Below are positions 39,209 through 49,603 of a DNA stretch of 64,000 nucleotides, piece after piece. The first letter of the stretch is position 1, and each line of letters opens with the position of its first letter. Under the pieces are notes generated by a model that saw only the letters and a list, made by a program, of their open reading frames with translations, made no database searches and was not told the DNA's origin. Made by a program: the position numbers and the translations under genes. Source of the stretch: Hyaloraphidium curvatum SAG 235-1 (lineage: Eukaryota > Fungi > Monoblepharomycota); NCBI GenBank assembly GCA_025558095.1, contig JAIVFI010000010.1, positions 558,001-622,000 of the forward strand, in the 5' to 3' direction.

Positions 39209-39412
39209 GGATGGAGGCAGGAGCCCTACGGCTTCTTTGCTCGCCTGCACGGCGACTCCAAAGCGCACGGGGAATGGAGGCAGGAGCCCTACAGCTCTTT
39301 GCTCGCCTGCACGGCGACTCCAAAACACACGGGGTTGGAGGCAGGAGTCCTACGGCTCTTTGCTCGCCTACACGGCGACTCCAAAACACACGGGGATGGA
39401 GGCAGGAGTCCT
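39209..39412. repeat. ~61-bp minisatellite (3 units plus a partial; 2 plus a partial in copy 2 at ~43197-43339)
   Basis: ggaggcaggagYcctacRgctctttgctcgcctRcacggcgactccaaa.. repeated. Confidence 0.9.
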
Positions 39413-40408
39413 AGACCCCAACATGCTTGCTAAACCCGTTCTCAGTACCGAACGGCTTACCTGGTCGTGAAACAAAGAGGAATTGGTCTCTGGTGTGATC
39501 ACGAACCTTGACAACAAGCAAACGAAGCAGACGCTTGAGCAAGGGGTTCTTGATCGGGACCAGGAGCTCCGTGCCATACCGTCGCGCTGTTTTGTACTGG
39601 CGGAGAGCAATTGCGTCTTGTCTTGTTCAACGTCATAGTAGTTGTCTTTGGGATGGCTACGGAACCTGAGGAAGGCATAGTCGTTGCGAGTCGGTGGATG
39701 CAGAGTATACAGGGCGCAGATCGTCGCTTCCTAAATATCACGCCAAGCTGCCTGGGCGACATCTCTGCTTGCCGTTTCAAACCGCCTCAAAACAGACTCA
39801 GCGAACGACTCAACTTTCCTTCGGACATCGACAAAGTCGACGCGGAGGTTGAGGTCACCTTCAGTCTGCTGCGGGAGCTGCAAGTCCGCCGCCTGTCTGG
39901 TATACTCGCCCAGTTTCTTCACCTGCGCGTCAAAGAATGCCGGATCAGGGTGTTCTGCGGTTCTCCTCATCATGACGAAGATGCGGAGCAGGGCGGCAGC
40001 ATACGTGAGACGTGTCGCTTTGCTCTGCGTGATCGACTTCACCGTGTCCCATATGCGCCGCACCGGTCGCTCACCTATTGTTCGCCTATAGTCCTGAACA
40101 GCGTTATCATTCGCAGGAACGTCCTTGTATGCGCGCTCCGGTGCTATCCCGCGATCGATTGCAACAAGGTGTCTTGACAGCTGAACAGCGTGGGCATGAT
40201 ACGTCAGCACGGACATTGGGGAGAGGGGACTGCCATCTTTCTTCACCGCAGTCATGAGAGATGATAGGAATCGACTGTCCAGCGTTGCACCACCACGTTC
40301 TTCAGCTGCTGTAATCAGGGTGTTGATTCTCTCCAATGCCCGGGCTTTCGACGTGACTGACCATCCAGCGGGGTCGCGCATACCAGATGACATCCTGAGT
40401 GCCAACAA
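39411..40408 (-). pseudogene. Decayed tyrosine recombinase of virophage/PLV (OLV11-like) type, copy 1
   Basis: Reading through TAG 39731-39733: ICALYTLHPPTRNDY; after a frameshift: LRQYKTARRYG..LLKRLL..FLFVSRPGKPF..NGFSKHV; C-terminal HxxR/Tyr part missing. Confidence 0.65.
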
Positions 40409-40943
40409 ACGGCCACTTGATTAGCTCCTGCAAGTGCCAGGAAAAAGCATTGGCGTGACCTAACGAGAGCAAAGATGAGTCCGATTTCGACCAAAAGTCG
40501 ACTTTTGGTCCGGACGTCCAGGGCTGTGATGTAGGCTGTGAGCTAGTCCCAGGGACCCGTGAGCTAGTCAAAAAGACACTGGAGGGACTGCGGCTACATG
40601 GATGACGTTTTTCACCCCAGTTCGTCCGATCTAGGTCACAGGAGAGCACAACAATCGAGCCCGCGAAAGATCACACCGTCCCCGAAGAGCCCACCGCCCT
40701 GCAAAGTCATTTGTGCAAGCTTCGGACAATGTGGACGAAACTGAGAACCTGGAGGCGCTCCAGAAGGCGCCCGGGCATGAACCCATTTGAACCACAGGTG
40801 GGCTTTTCGAACCACAGGTGAGTTTCTTGAACCACAGGTGACACATGAGTCGACTTCAAAACCACAGCCGATTTTTGGCGAACCACGGATCAATTGTCAC
40901 AAACCACAGACAGCACAGATTGACCCACTCAAAACAGGGACGC

Positions 40944-41844
40944 GTTGTTCGTCTCCAATGTGCTCAGGGTCATGCTTGCACGTTCTCTGCTGCACCTCAA
41001 GTCCTTGGTGCCTGCCTGTCTCCACCTCCAGGTCGTGGGTAGAGCACAGCAACTTTTGGACATCCCTCCGGTGCTTCTCCACCCGGATGAGGGATGGTCC
41101 GATGTGGCCAAAGGTCATGTCACACATCCTCCAAAAGTGCAGTTTGTCGTTGTCCTTGAGCCTCTGGGCATTGATCTCCCTGAACTTGCCCTTCACAAGA
41201 TTCTCCACAGTCTCCTTGGGCCATGAGACAGTGTCCTTCTCCCACATCTCCTTCCCATCTTCGCCACCATAGTATACAAGTAGTTCCCTCAGGAAGGCAG
41301 CCCAGTTCCAGGACCCCTTCAGTGCCTCGATCTTGAGCTCTTTGTAAAGTAGGTACAGCGCAGGATCCGCTGTTTTGATGCGCATGAGGAACTTGAGTGC
41401 CGACTCGTGGTCATGAACTGCAAGGGGGTACTGGCCAGTGATCGCATACAGACAGGCCAGGGAGGTAGACTTGGGCAGATGAGTGACGGCACGAAGAGCC
41501 ATGCATGTCACTTTGTCCCTGGTGCTTTCCCCGGCAAGGTACTCCTCCTTCGGCATCTCAACAATGAACGGGTTCCCATATTGGCCCACTGCCTTGACCT
41601 TTGTGTTGTAGAGCTTGAGCTGGAGGTCAGGACTCATCCCAGGCTGCTCCCTGATGTCACGGAGCCAGAGCCCATAAGCAGCGTTCATCGTGGCCTCTCT
41701 GCCATGCACATGGTCCTTGCTCCGGCCGGTTGAGGTCAGCTGATACCCCAGAAGCTTGAAGCTGTCAACCCTCTTCAGCTCCTGGTCCCTGTACATGAGC
41801 TTTACACGGTGAGGTATCCTCCTGGCCATCCACTCTGTCTTGGA
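40944..41844 (-). mobile_element. LINE family A fragment, hybrid copy 2 (no 3' end)
   Basis: ORF 40897-41829 near-identical to 36699-37841. Confidence 0.9.
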
Positions 41845-42709
41845 TCCTTGTGAGGCTCCAGCAGGTTCACATGAAGACTGGGTGGATCTTCACGTCCGGT
41901 GGTAGTTTCACTTTGTAGGCAACTGCAGACACCTTCCGTTCCACTGGGTACGGTCTAATCTTCTTGTAGTCCAGTTTCTTTGCTGGCCTCGTCGTTTTGA
42001 TGTTCCTTGTCCGAATCCAGATTTTGTCTCCCTCCTTCAGCTCCGGAAATTCTGTCCGTTTCCTGTCTGCAAACTTCTTCTGGTCCTCCTGGGCCTGTTG
42101 AAGTTCTTCCTTCAGGATGTCGTTGATCTCTCTCAATTTGACAACCAGTTCTTCAGCTTTTGGCACCACTTTGTCCTTTGCTGCTTTCACGTCAAACTTC
42201 GGATGAAAGCCGTAGTTTGCAAAGAATGGCGTCATTTTTGTTGATGCTGCATGGATGGAATTGTTGTAGACAAATTCCTCTAGAGGCAAGAGCTCTCTCC
42301 AGTTGTCCTGATCGTAGTTCACAAATGCTCTAAGGTATTGCTCCTGGGTCTGGTTGACGATTTCACACTGTCCATCTGTTTGTGGGTGAAAGGATGTGGA
42401 CATTTTCACCTTCACGTCACACAGCTCCATGAGACGGTTCCAGAACTTTGACAAGAACTGCGTGCCTCCGTCCGAAATGATCTCATCCGGGAATCCATGC
42501 TCTTTGAAAACGTGCTTCAGGAACTTCTTTGCCGTCTGTTTCGAATCTGGCAGCTTCTTGAAGTCCAGAAAGTGCGCTTGTTTGGAGAGTCTGTCTACAA
42601 CTGTGAGAATGCATGTTCTGCCCTCAGACTCAGGTAGTTCTACAATGAAATCCATTGAGATTGATGACCAGTTTCTCTCAGGTACTCCCAAAGCTGAAGT
42701 TCTCCGTAG
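41844..42709 (-). mobile_element. Ty3/Gypsy integrase fragment, copy 2
   Basis: Translation identical to 37879-38769. Confidence 0.95.
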
Positions 42710-43337
42710 CGTGGCAGGCGACGCCACAAAAGCGCTTGAGGAGCCCATTGGCCTCAAGAGGCTTGCGCTGGCCCTGCAGGGCGGCTAGGCTCTTCTCCGG
42801 GGGGGCGCCGCGTCTGTTAGTGGGCAAACAACGCGTCGCGTGCTGAAGACGCGACCGCGGGCCTACGACAGCGTGTGCCTCACGTGTGCCGCTTGAAAAA
42901 CGTGCCGTAGGACCGCGTGGCTCTCTGGCTCTGGGCGCGGAAACACGACACTTAACGGCGGCGCACGTCAAACATGGGACGCGTCGCTCGCGTGGACGCG
43001 CCCTGCCAAACAACAAGCGACCAACCGCGTGCGCTTTCTGGTGCGAAAGGGCGCAAATGGAGCAGGCAGCTGCGCGGCGCATTGGCTCTAAACACTGCCG
43101 ACTGCCCGCCGGTGCGCCTCTTCAAGGAGGGGCCGCGGCACAAACAACGACATATCCGTGGATTCCGGTCTCTGGACACATAAGCGGCCAACACAGGGAT
43201 GGAGGCAGGAGCCCTACGGCTTCTTTGCTCGCCTGCACGGCGACTCCAAAGCGCACGGGGAATGGAGGCAGGAGCCCTACAGCTCTTTGCTCGCCTACAC
43301 GGCGACTCCAAAACACACGGGGATGGAGGCAGGAGTC

Positions 43338-44335
43338 CTAGACCCCAACATGCTTGCTAAACCCGTTCTCAGTACCGAACGGCTTACCTGGTCGTGAAAC
43401 AAAGAGGAATTGGTCTCTGGTGTGATCACGAACCTTGACAACAAGCAAACGAAGCAGACGCTTGAGCAAGGGGTTCTTGATCGGGACCAGGAGCTCCGTG
43501 CCATACCGTCGCGCTGTTTTGTACTGGCGGAGAGCAATTGCGTCTTGTCTTGTTCAACGTCATAGTAGTTGTCTTTGGGATGGCTACGGAACCTGAGGAA
43601 GGCATAGTCGTTGCGAGTCGGTGGATGCAGAGTATACAGGGCGCAGATCGTCGCTTCCTAAATATCACGCCAAGCTGCCTGGGCGACATCTCTGCTTTCC
43701 GTTTCAAACCGCCTCAAAACAGACTCAGCGAACGACTCAACTTTCCTTCGGACATCGACAAAGTCGACGCGGAGGTTGAGGTCACCTTCAGTCTGCTGCG
43801 GGAGCTGCAAGTCCGCCGCCTGTCTGGTATACTCGCCCAGTTTCTTCACCTGCGCGTCAAAGAATGCCGGATCAGGGTGTTCTGCGGTTCTCCTCATCAT
43901 GACGAAGATGCGGAGCAGGGCGGCAGCATACGTGAGACGTGTCGCTTTGCTCTGCGTGATCGACTTCACCGTGTCCCATATGCGCCGCACCGGTCGCTCA
44001 CCTATTGTTCGCCTATAGTCCTGAACAGCGTTATCATTCGCAGGAACGTCCTTGTATGCGCGCTCCGGTGCTATCCCGCGATCGATTGCAACAAGGTGTC
44101 TTGACAGCTGAACAGCGTGGGCATGATACGTCAGCACGGACATTGGGGAGAGGGGACTGCCATCTTTCTTCACCGCAGTCATGAGAGATGATAGGAATCG
44201 ACTGTCCAGCGTTGCACCACCACGTTCTTCAGCTGCTGTAATCAGGGTGTTGATTCTCTCCAATGCCCGGGCTTTCGACGTGACTGACCATCCAGCGGGG
44301 TCGCGCATACCAGATGACATCCTGAGTGCCAACAA
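43338..44335 (-). pseudogene. Decayed OLV11-like tyrosine recombinase, copy 2
   Basis: Same stop and frameshift as copy 1; one amino acid difference (A/E). Confidence 0.65.
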
Positions 44336-45166
44336 ACGGCCACTTGATTAGCTCCTGCAAGTGCCAGGAAAAAGCATTGGCGTGACCTAACGAGAGCAAA
44401 GATGAGTCCGATTTCGACCAAAAGTCGACTTTTGGTCCGGACGTCCAGGGCTGTGATGTAGGCTGTGAGCTAGTCCCAGGGACCCGTGAGCTAGTCAAAA
44501 AGACACTGGAGGGACTGCGGCTACATGGATGACGTTTTTCACCCCAGTTCGTCCGATCTAGGTCACAGGAGAGCACAACAATCGAGCCCGCGAAAGATCA
44601 CACCGTCCCCGAAGAGCCCACCGCCCTGCAAAGTCATTTGTGCAAGCTTCGGACAATGTGGACGAAACTGAGAACCTGGAGGCGCTCCAGAAGGCGCCCG
44701 GGCATGAACCCATTTGAACCACAGGTGGGCTTTTCGAACCACAGGTGAGTTTCTTGAACCACAGGTGACACATGAGTCGACTTCAAAACCACAGCCGATT
44801 TTTGGCGAACCACGGATCAATTGTCACAAACCACAGACAGCACAGATTGACCCACTCAAAACAGGGACGCGTTGTTCGTCTCCAATGTGCTCAGGGTCAT
44901 GCTTGCACGTTCTCTGCTGCACCTCAAGTCCTTGGTGCCTGCCTGTCTCCACCTCCAGGTCGTGGGTAGAGCACAGCAACTTTTGGACATCCCTCCGGTG
45001 CTTCTCCACCCGGATGAGGGATGGTCCGATGTGGCCAAAGGTCATGTCACACATCCTCCAAAAGTGCAGTTTGTCGTTGTCCTTGAGCCTCTGGGCATTG
45101 ATCTCCCTGAACTTACCCTTCACAAGATTCTCCACAGTCTCCTTGGGCCATGAGAAAGTGTCCTTC

Positions 45167-48100
45167 TGTTGGAGTGGCTATGGGGCGTGGGGAAGACGTA
45201 GCCCCAGTGGTCTGAACCGGGTCAGAACTCAGATGGACGGGATGGGGAGAGGGACAGTTTCACGTTGACCCGTTGTCCATTCCCTTGCGATGACAAGTCC
45301 CTAGATGACCCCTCCGGTCGTACCCAAGTATCCCCACACGCCAATAGACTCCCTATTGATACAGAATCGTAGCAACAATCCATTCCAACACTCCCCCTTG
45401 TTGCAAGATTCCCTCCAGTGCATATCAATCCCAACAACGTAGCAATGCATAGGTTCCAACACTCCCCCTCGTTGCAAAGTTGTCTCCCAGTTATGTTCTC
45501 CAGTTGCTATCCAGTTGCAATTATCAAGTCACTTTCAATACTCCCCTCCTGTCAAGAATCCCTGAGAAATCTCCAGTTTCACTTTCAAATCTCCACAAAT
45601 CCCCGAAGTGCTTTGAAATGCTCAAACTTAGCTATCCATTTTTGGTCCTTCAAGTCCAGTCATTTGCATCACAGTGTTATGCACCTCTTGCTAGTTTCCT
45701 GCACACAGACTGGTTCTGCCTCGTTGCACATTGCACAGATCCTTCACGTAAGGTCTGCTGATCTAAATCAAAGCTCAACAGTCCCATTGCATGCGTGGTT
45801 TCTCCAGGTCCTTCCACCTGGTCAGTTTCCACCATTCCAGAGTCTTCCTAGAGTATCTGGCTCTTCCATTGGTCACATGCTCTCCTCCTTTAGAGTCCAT
45901 CCAGTTGTCCTTCAAGCTTGTTGGCAAAGCACTCTGATGATGTCCTTGCAACACCTCCTCCACGTGTCCCGTGTTGACTGGATCAAAAGCACATCTCCCA
46001 GAAAGTGATTCACCAACAGCAAGTCTCCCAGAAAGTGAGTCACCCTTCATCACTCCCCCTGAATCGCTTTCTTCTGCTCCTTCCAGGAATGGGTCGTTCC
46101 CTGTACAGTGCCCAAGAACATCTGTATCACCAATACCCTTTGTCTCTGGTTCACCACCCTCAGGATCCAGTTTGTTGCAAGCATCAGATCTCACAGACAG
46201 ACTCTCCATGCAGCTCCACCTCCTCCTGAATCATGTCTGGTTCGGAGTGATCTTCCATCAAAATGTCCCTGTCAAGTTCGCAAAGCAGCTGTTCATTTGC
46301 ATCTTTAGTCTCCTTTCCCAAGTCAGCAACAAAATCTGTTTCAGCATCTCCATTCTGAACCAAATTCAAATCCCCCTGGTTGTCCAGCATGATCAAATCG
46401 TCTTGCATGAGTGTCTGCTGCATCCCTCCATATGATGCGTCCAATTTCTCAGCTCTGCTGAAGGTACTTCCACTTCCACAGTCAGGCCCTCCTCTGGTCA
46501 AGTCACACACCTCATGTACTTCGAAATCCGAGCCTCTAGCTCCCTCTGCAAGGTAGGGATCATCCTCCACGATCTCTGCGTTCATCTGATACGAGCCGTT
46601 GTGCAAACTCAGTGTTCCCATGAGTTCACCCTCTGGGGAAAGAATATTGCCACCCTCTGGGCCCAACAGCACCAGGAATCCCATCTTCACCACGCTCTCA
46701 ATCGATGGCAATGCTCCACATCGATCTCCAATGTTTGCATCCTCCATCAAAGTGATGATCTTCCCTGTCAAGAACCTCAGTTGTGTCTTCTGAATACCGC
46801 CCGCCATCGCCGATCCCTTCGTGGTCCCAAAGTCACGTAGGCCACAAACATCCTCTCCAAAAAGTGGTTCCTCGACCTCCAACACGTTCCTAGACGCGTT
46901 ATTTTCCTCCATGGTCCTGTCCCCGAGAGCATTCACGTGTGCTGCCTTCCTGGAACCCTCCAGCACTTCGCGCCCGCGCTCCTCCCCGTGGAACGCGTTC
47001 TCCTTCCAATCCTTGACTCCCAGTGCCACTACCATATCCACGAGGTTCTCCTTGATCAGATTATCGTCCAAGGTAAGCTCCATCTGCTTCTCCTCACGCG
47101 CATTGGTCTCCGCGATCCTCTTACAGAGTGTCTCCCAGTGTCCAGGTTCCCCGCACCGAAGACACGCGTTTCCGCGGTGTAAGCAATTCCTGGCGTAATG
47201 CCCAACCTCTCCACACATATAGCAAGCGTTTCTCGACGCGTTTCTCGTGCTTCCACGTGATTGATCACCACCTCGCTCGACACCGCGTCGTTTCTGACCT
47301 CTGACACGTTTTCCATCGCCATCTCGGCCTCCCTTGGATGCTCCTCCATCTGATCTTCGAGTTTCCACGGTCGATTGTGCTCCCTGGCACTCCTCATTGG
47401 CGCTCCGTCCCGCTGTGCCTTCAGACGTGTTCCAGAGTTCGTTCTCCCTCGCGAATTTCCTCTCCAGACCGTCCCAGATCTCCCTGGCAGTGTCCACAGA
47501 GAAGAATACACGTTGCAGTGCCCTTGGTAGAGTCTCCAGGATCAATCCCTGGGCCACTTGGTCGTGTGCAATCCAGTCGTCCATGTCCTTGGTCGTGGCC
47601 CCTGCCACACCCACAGTTGGCTTTGCCATTGCTCCTGTCACGTAGGGCAACAGTCCTTCTATCTGGAGCTTCTTTTCCATCGCAAGCTTCCAGTCTCGGA
47701 GGTTCCTTCCGTCCTCCCTGAGAATGGTCCCCTGTACCACTCTCCATATTCTGCCTCCCATCGTGAACTCAATTCCACGATCCCGCAAGCTCCTCATCTT
47801 GAGCACGCTCTCTTTCAGCGTTCTCCAACCTGTCCAGGCAGTTCCAGAACCAGCGTTGGTAGATTGCGGCTCCCCCGGCTATGTGCGCCACCCGGCAACT
47901 TCACAGCCGCATCTTTCGTCTTTCACAACCCTTTGGGCTCATAGACCTGTTGGAGTGGCTATGGGGCGTGGGGAAGACGTAGCCCCAGTGGTCTGAACCG
48001 GGTCAGAACTCAGATGGACGGGATGGGGAGAGGGACAGTTTCACGTTGACCCGTTGTCCATTCCCTTGCGATGACAAGTCCCTAGATGACCCCTCCGGTC

Positions 48101-48171
48101 GTACCCAAGTATCCCCACACGCCAATAGACTCCCTATTGATACAGAATCGTAGCAACAATCCATTCCAACA
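45167..48171 (-). mobile_element. Non-autonomous Ty1/Copia LTR retrotransposon (3005 bp, gag-only)
   Basis: 224-bp LTRs 45167-45390 and 47948-48171 (TGTTGGA..TCCAACA) look identical; TSD CCTTC; PBS GGTCTATGAGCCC; PPT CAAGGGGGAG. Confidence 0.95.
46184..47806 (-). CDS. Copia Gag (UBN2-like region and two CCHC knuckles) with a degenerate protease-like tail
   Basis: NLRDWKLAM..L; W..HDQVAQGLI; TAREIWDGLERKF; CYMCGEVGHYARNC, CLRCGEPGHWETLC. Confidence 0.85.
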   Translation of the reverse strand: MLKMRSLRDRGIEFTMGGRIWRVVQGTILREDGRNLRDWKLAMEKKLQIEGLLPYVTGAMAKPTVGVAGATTKDMDDWIAHDQVAQGLILETLPRALQRVFFSVDTAREIWDGLERKFARENELWNTSEGTAGRSANEECQGAQSTVETRRSDGGASKGGRDGDGKRVRGQKRRGVERGGDQSRGSTRNASRNACYMCGEVGHYARNCLHRGNACLRCGEPGHWETLCKRIAETNAREEKQMELTLDDNLIKENLVDMVVALGVKDWKENAFHGEERGREVLEGSRKAAHVNALGDRTMEENNASRNVLEVEEPLFGEDVCGLRDFGTTKGSAMAGGIQKTQLRFLTGKIITLMEDANIGDRCGALPSIESVVKMGFLVLLGPEGGNILSPEGELMGTLSLHNGSYQMNAEIVEDDPYLAEGARGSDFEVHEVCDLTRGGPDCGSGSTFSRAEKLDASYGGMQQTLMQDDLIMLDNQGDLNLVQNGDAETDFVADLGKETKDANEQLLCELDRDILMEDHSEPDMIQEEVELHGESVCEI

Positions 48172-48242
48172 CCTTCTCCCACATCTCCCTCCCATCTTCG
48201 CCGCCATAGTATACGATGGCTCGGCTTCAATCCCGCAGCCAG

Positions 48243-48885
48243 TGCCCTTTGCGGAGCTGGTACGCCACATGGAGATGGTTGCTAGGGCCGCGCGCATATG
48301 TGAGTAAGATTGGGGAAGACCCCAAACTCACGTTCCCACCGCTTCCTAGGGCCACGATCACGCTTCCTGGAGATCTGCTGCACTCCATCATGCTCAACGA
48401 GCTGGAAAAGGTCCTGAACAAGGCTCCCAACGGCACGGCAGCTGATGAAGATGGGATCAGGCTCGAGTTCATCAAGTAAGAACGGGACAGCTGTGCTGAA
48501 GCCAGCTGTTGTCTAGCTACCTCCTCAACCGCGTGCTCAATGGCATCAACATGGAAGACTGGGGCCAGACACTGCTGGTGATCCTGCACAAGAAGGGGCC
48601 CAAGAATGTGGCTGGCATCTACCGAGGCATCAGCATAGAGAGGACACTGGAGAAGGTCCTTTCCCTGGTCTGGAACGCTCGGCTAGCTCCCTGAGCTGAG
48701 TGCAACAAGCTGCTGGAAGGCTCGCCGTTTGGATTCCCGGCACGCGCGGAGGTCAACCCTTTCATGCAGTATTCCTTGCTGAGGCGCTCTGATCATGGTG
48801 TTTGTAGACTTCACAAAGGCTTTTGACATGATGGAGCGCCCGAGGTTGTGGAGGAAGCTGGGAGGAGATGGGTGTACCCAAACAA
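48243..48885 (+). mobile_element. Decayed LINE RT fragment (domains 0-3)
   Basis: ILHKKGPKNVAGIYRGISI..EKVLSLVWNARL; FGF; MVFVDFTKAFD..LWRKL; stops and frameshifts. Confidence 0.9.
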
Positions 48886-48889
48886 GTTG

Positions 48890-49065
48890 AATAGAATAGT
48901 ATTGGTGACCCGGACCTGCCCCTGGCTTGGCCGCTGTTACACCATCAGTTTGCTGCTAATTTGAAGTTTGTCGTCGTACATCTTTTTCATTTTCCCTGTT
49001 TTCTGTCCTTCATGGACTTTGAAATGAAGCTGGCAATGGAGTTGAGGGCCTTCTCCTTTTGCCGC
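48890..49065 (-). mobile_element. LINE family A 3' end with (CTATT)n tail
   Basis: aatagaatagtattggtgacccggacctgcccctgg.. matches 36634-36815; a further diverged copy lies at ~35491-35565. Confidence 0.85.
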
Positions 49066-49603
49066 TTGAAGAAGCTGCTAATTGACTGCTGTTTGGATGA
49101 GAACTCGGGCCTCAAGCTTGCGGCAAGTGCAGGAGGCTTGAGACCGCTCTGCACGGGCAGGTCCAAGTCCAGAGTGACGGGACAGTGATCGGAGCTCGGC
49201 TGCTCCCCGGGCCGAGGCCAGCAAGCTGCTGGAGGGCGTACAGTTTTGATTTTGTGCTAGGAGATCATCCCTGGCGTGTGTTCCTCGCATCGCTGAAAAG
49301 CTCTTTTCACTGGCCAAGTCACGCAATCAAGCAAGGAGAATAGTCCCAACTAGATGCAGTGAGTGGACTTCGGCCCCTGCGGACTGAGAAGTGTACATGC
49401 TTTGGTGTTCAAAATCTCAGAGGCTCCAAACACATCCATCCATCCCCAACAACAAAATCCGTTTATATCAGAGCAGGCTTGCTTGGGAGCAATACAGCCT
49501 CATTGGCATTCCCAACTATCCATCAAGCAATGCCAGATTGTGTCTTCATGATCAAAACACTGTAATGAGATCACCATTCTCACTACCCCAGAGTGCATGC
49601 GTG

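Larger units (their letters stand above)
36956..44870. repeat. Tandem duplication: unit 1 36956-40943, unit 2 40944-44870; third LINE copy begins 44871
   Basis: Near-identical sequence at offset 3988, then 3927 after loss of one 61-bp minisatellite unit. Confidence 0.97.

Noticed and set aside
39209-39412. CRISPR-like array
   Set aside because: The units are contiguous with no unique spacers, there are no cas genes and the context is eukaryotic; it is a minisatellite
36634-40408. DIRS/Ngaro element (RT plus tyrosine recombinase)
   Set aside because: The RT-related part is non-LTR type with its own tail and dispersed copies; no DIRS gag, RNase H or terminal structure
36956-44870. Helitron or rolling-circle tandem array
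   Set aside because: No convincing hairpin-CTRR end, and the allele switch in the middle LINE explains the duplication by unequal crossover
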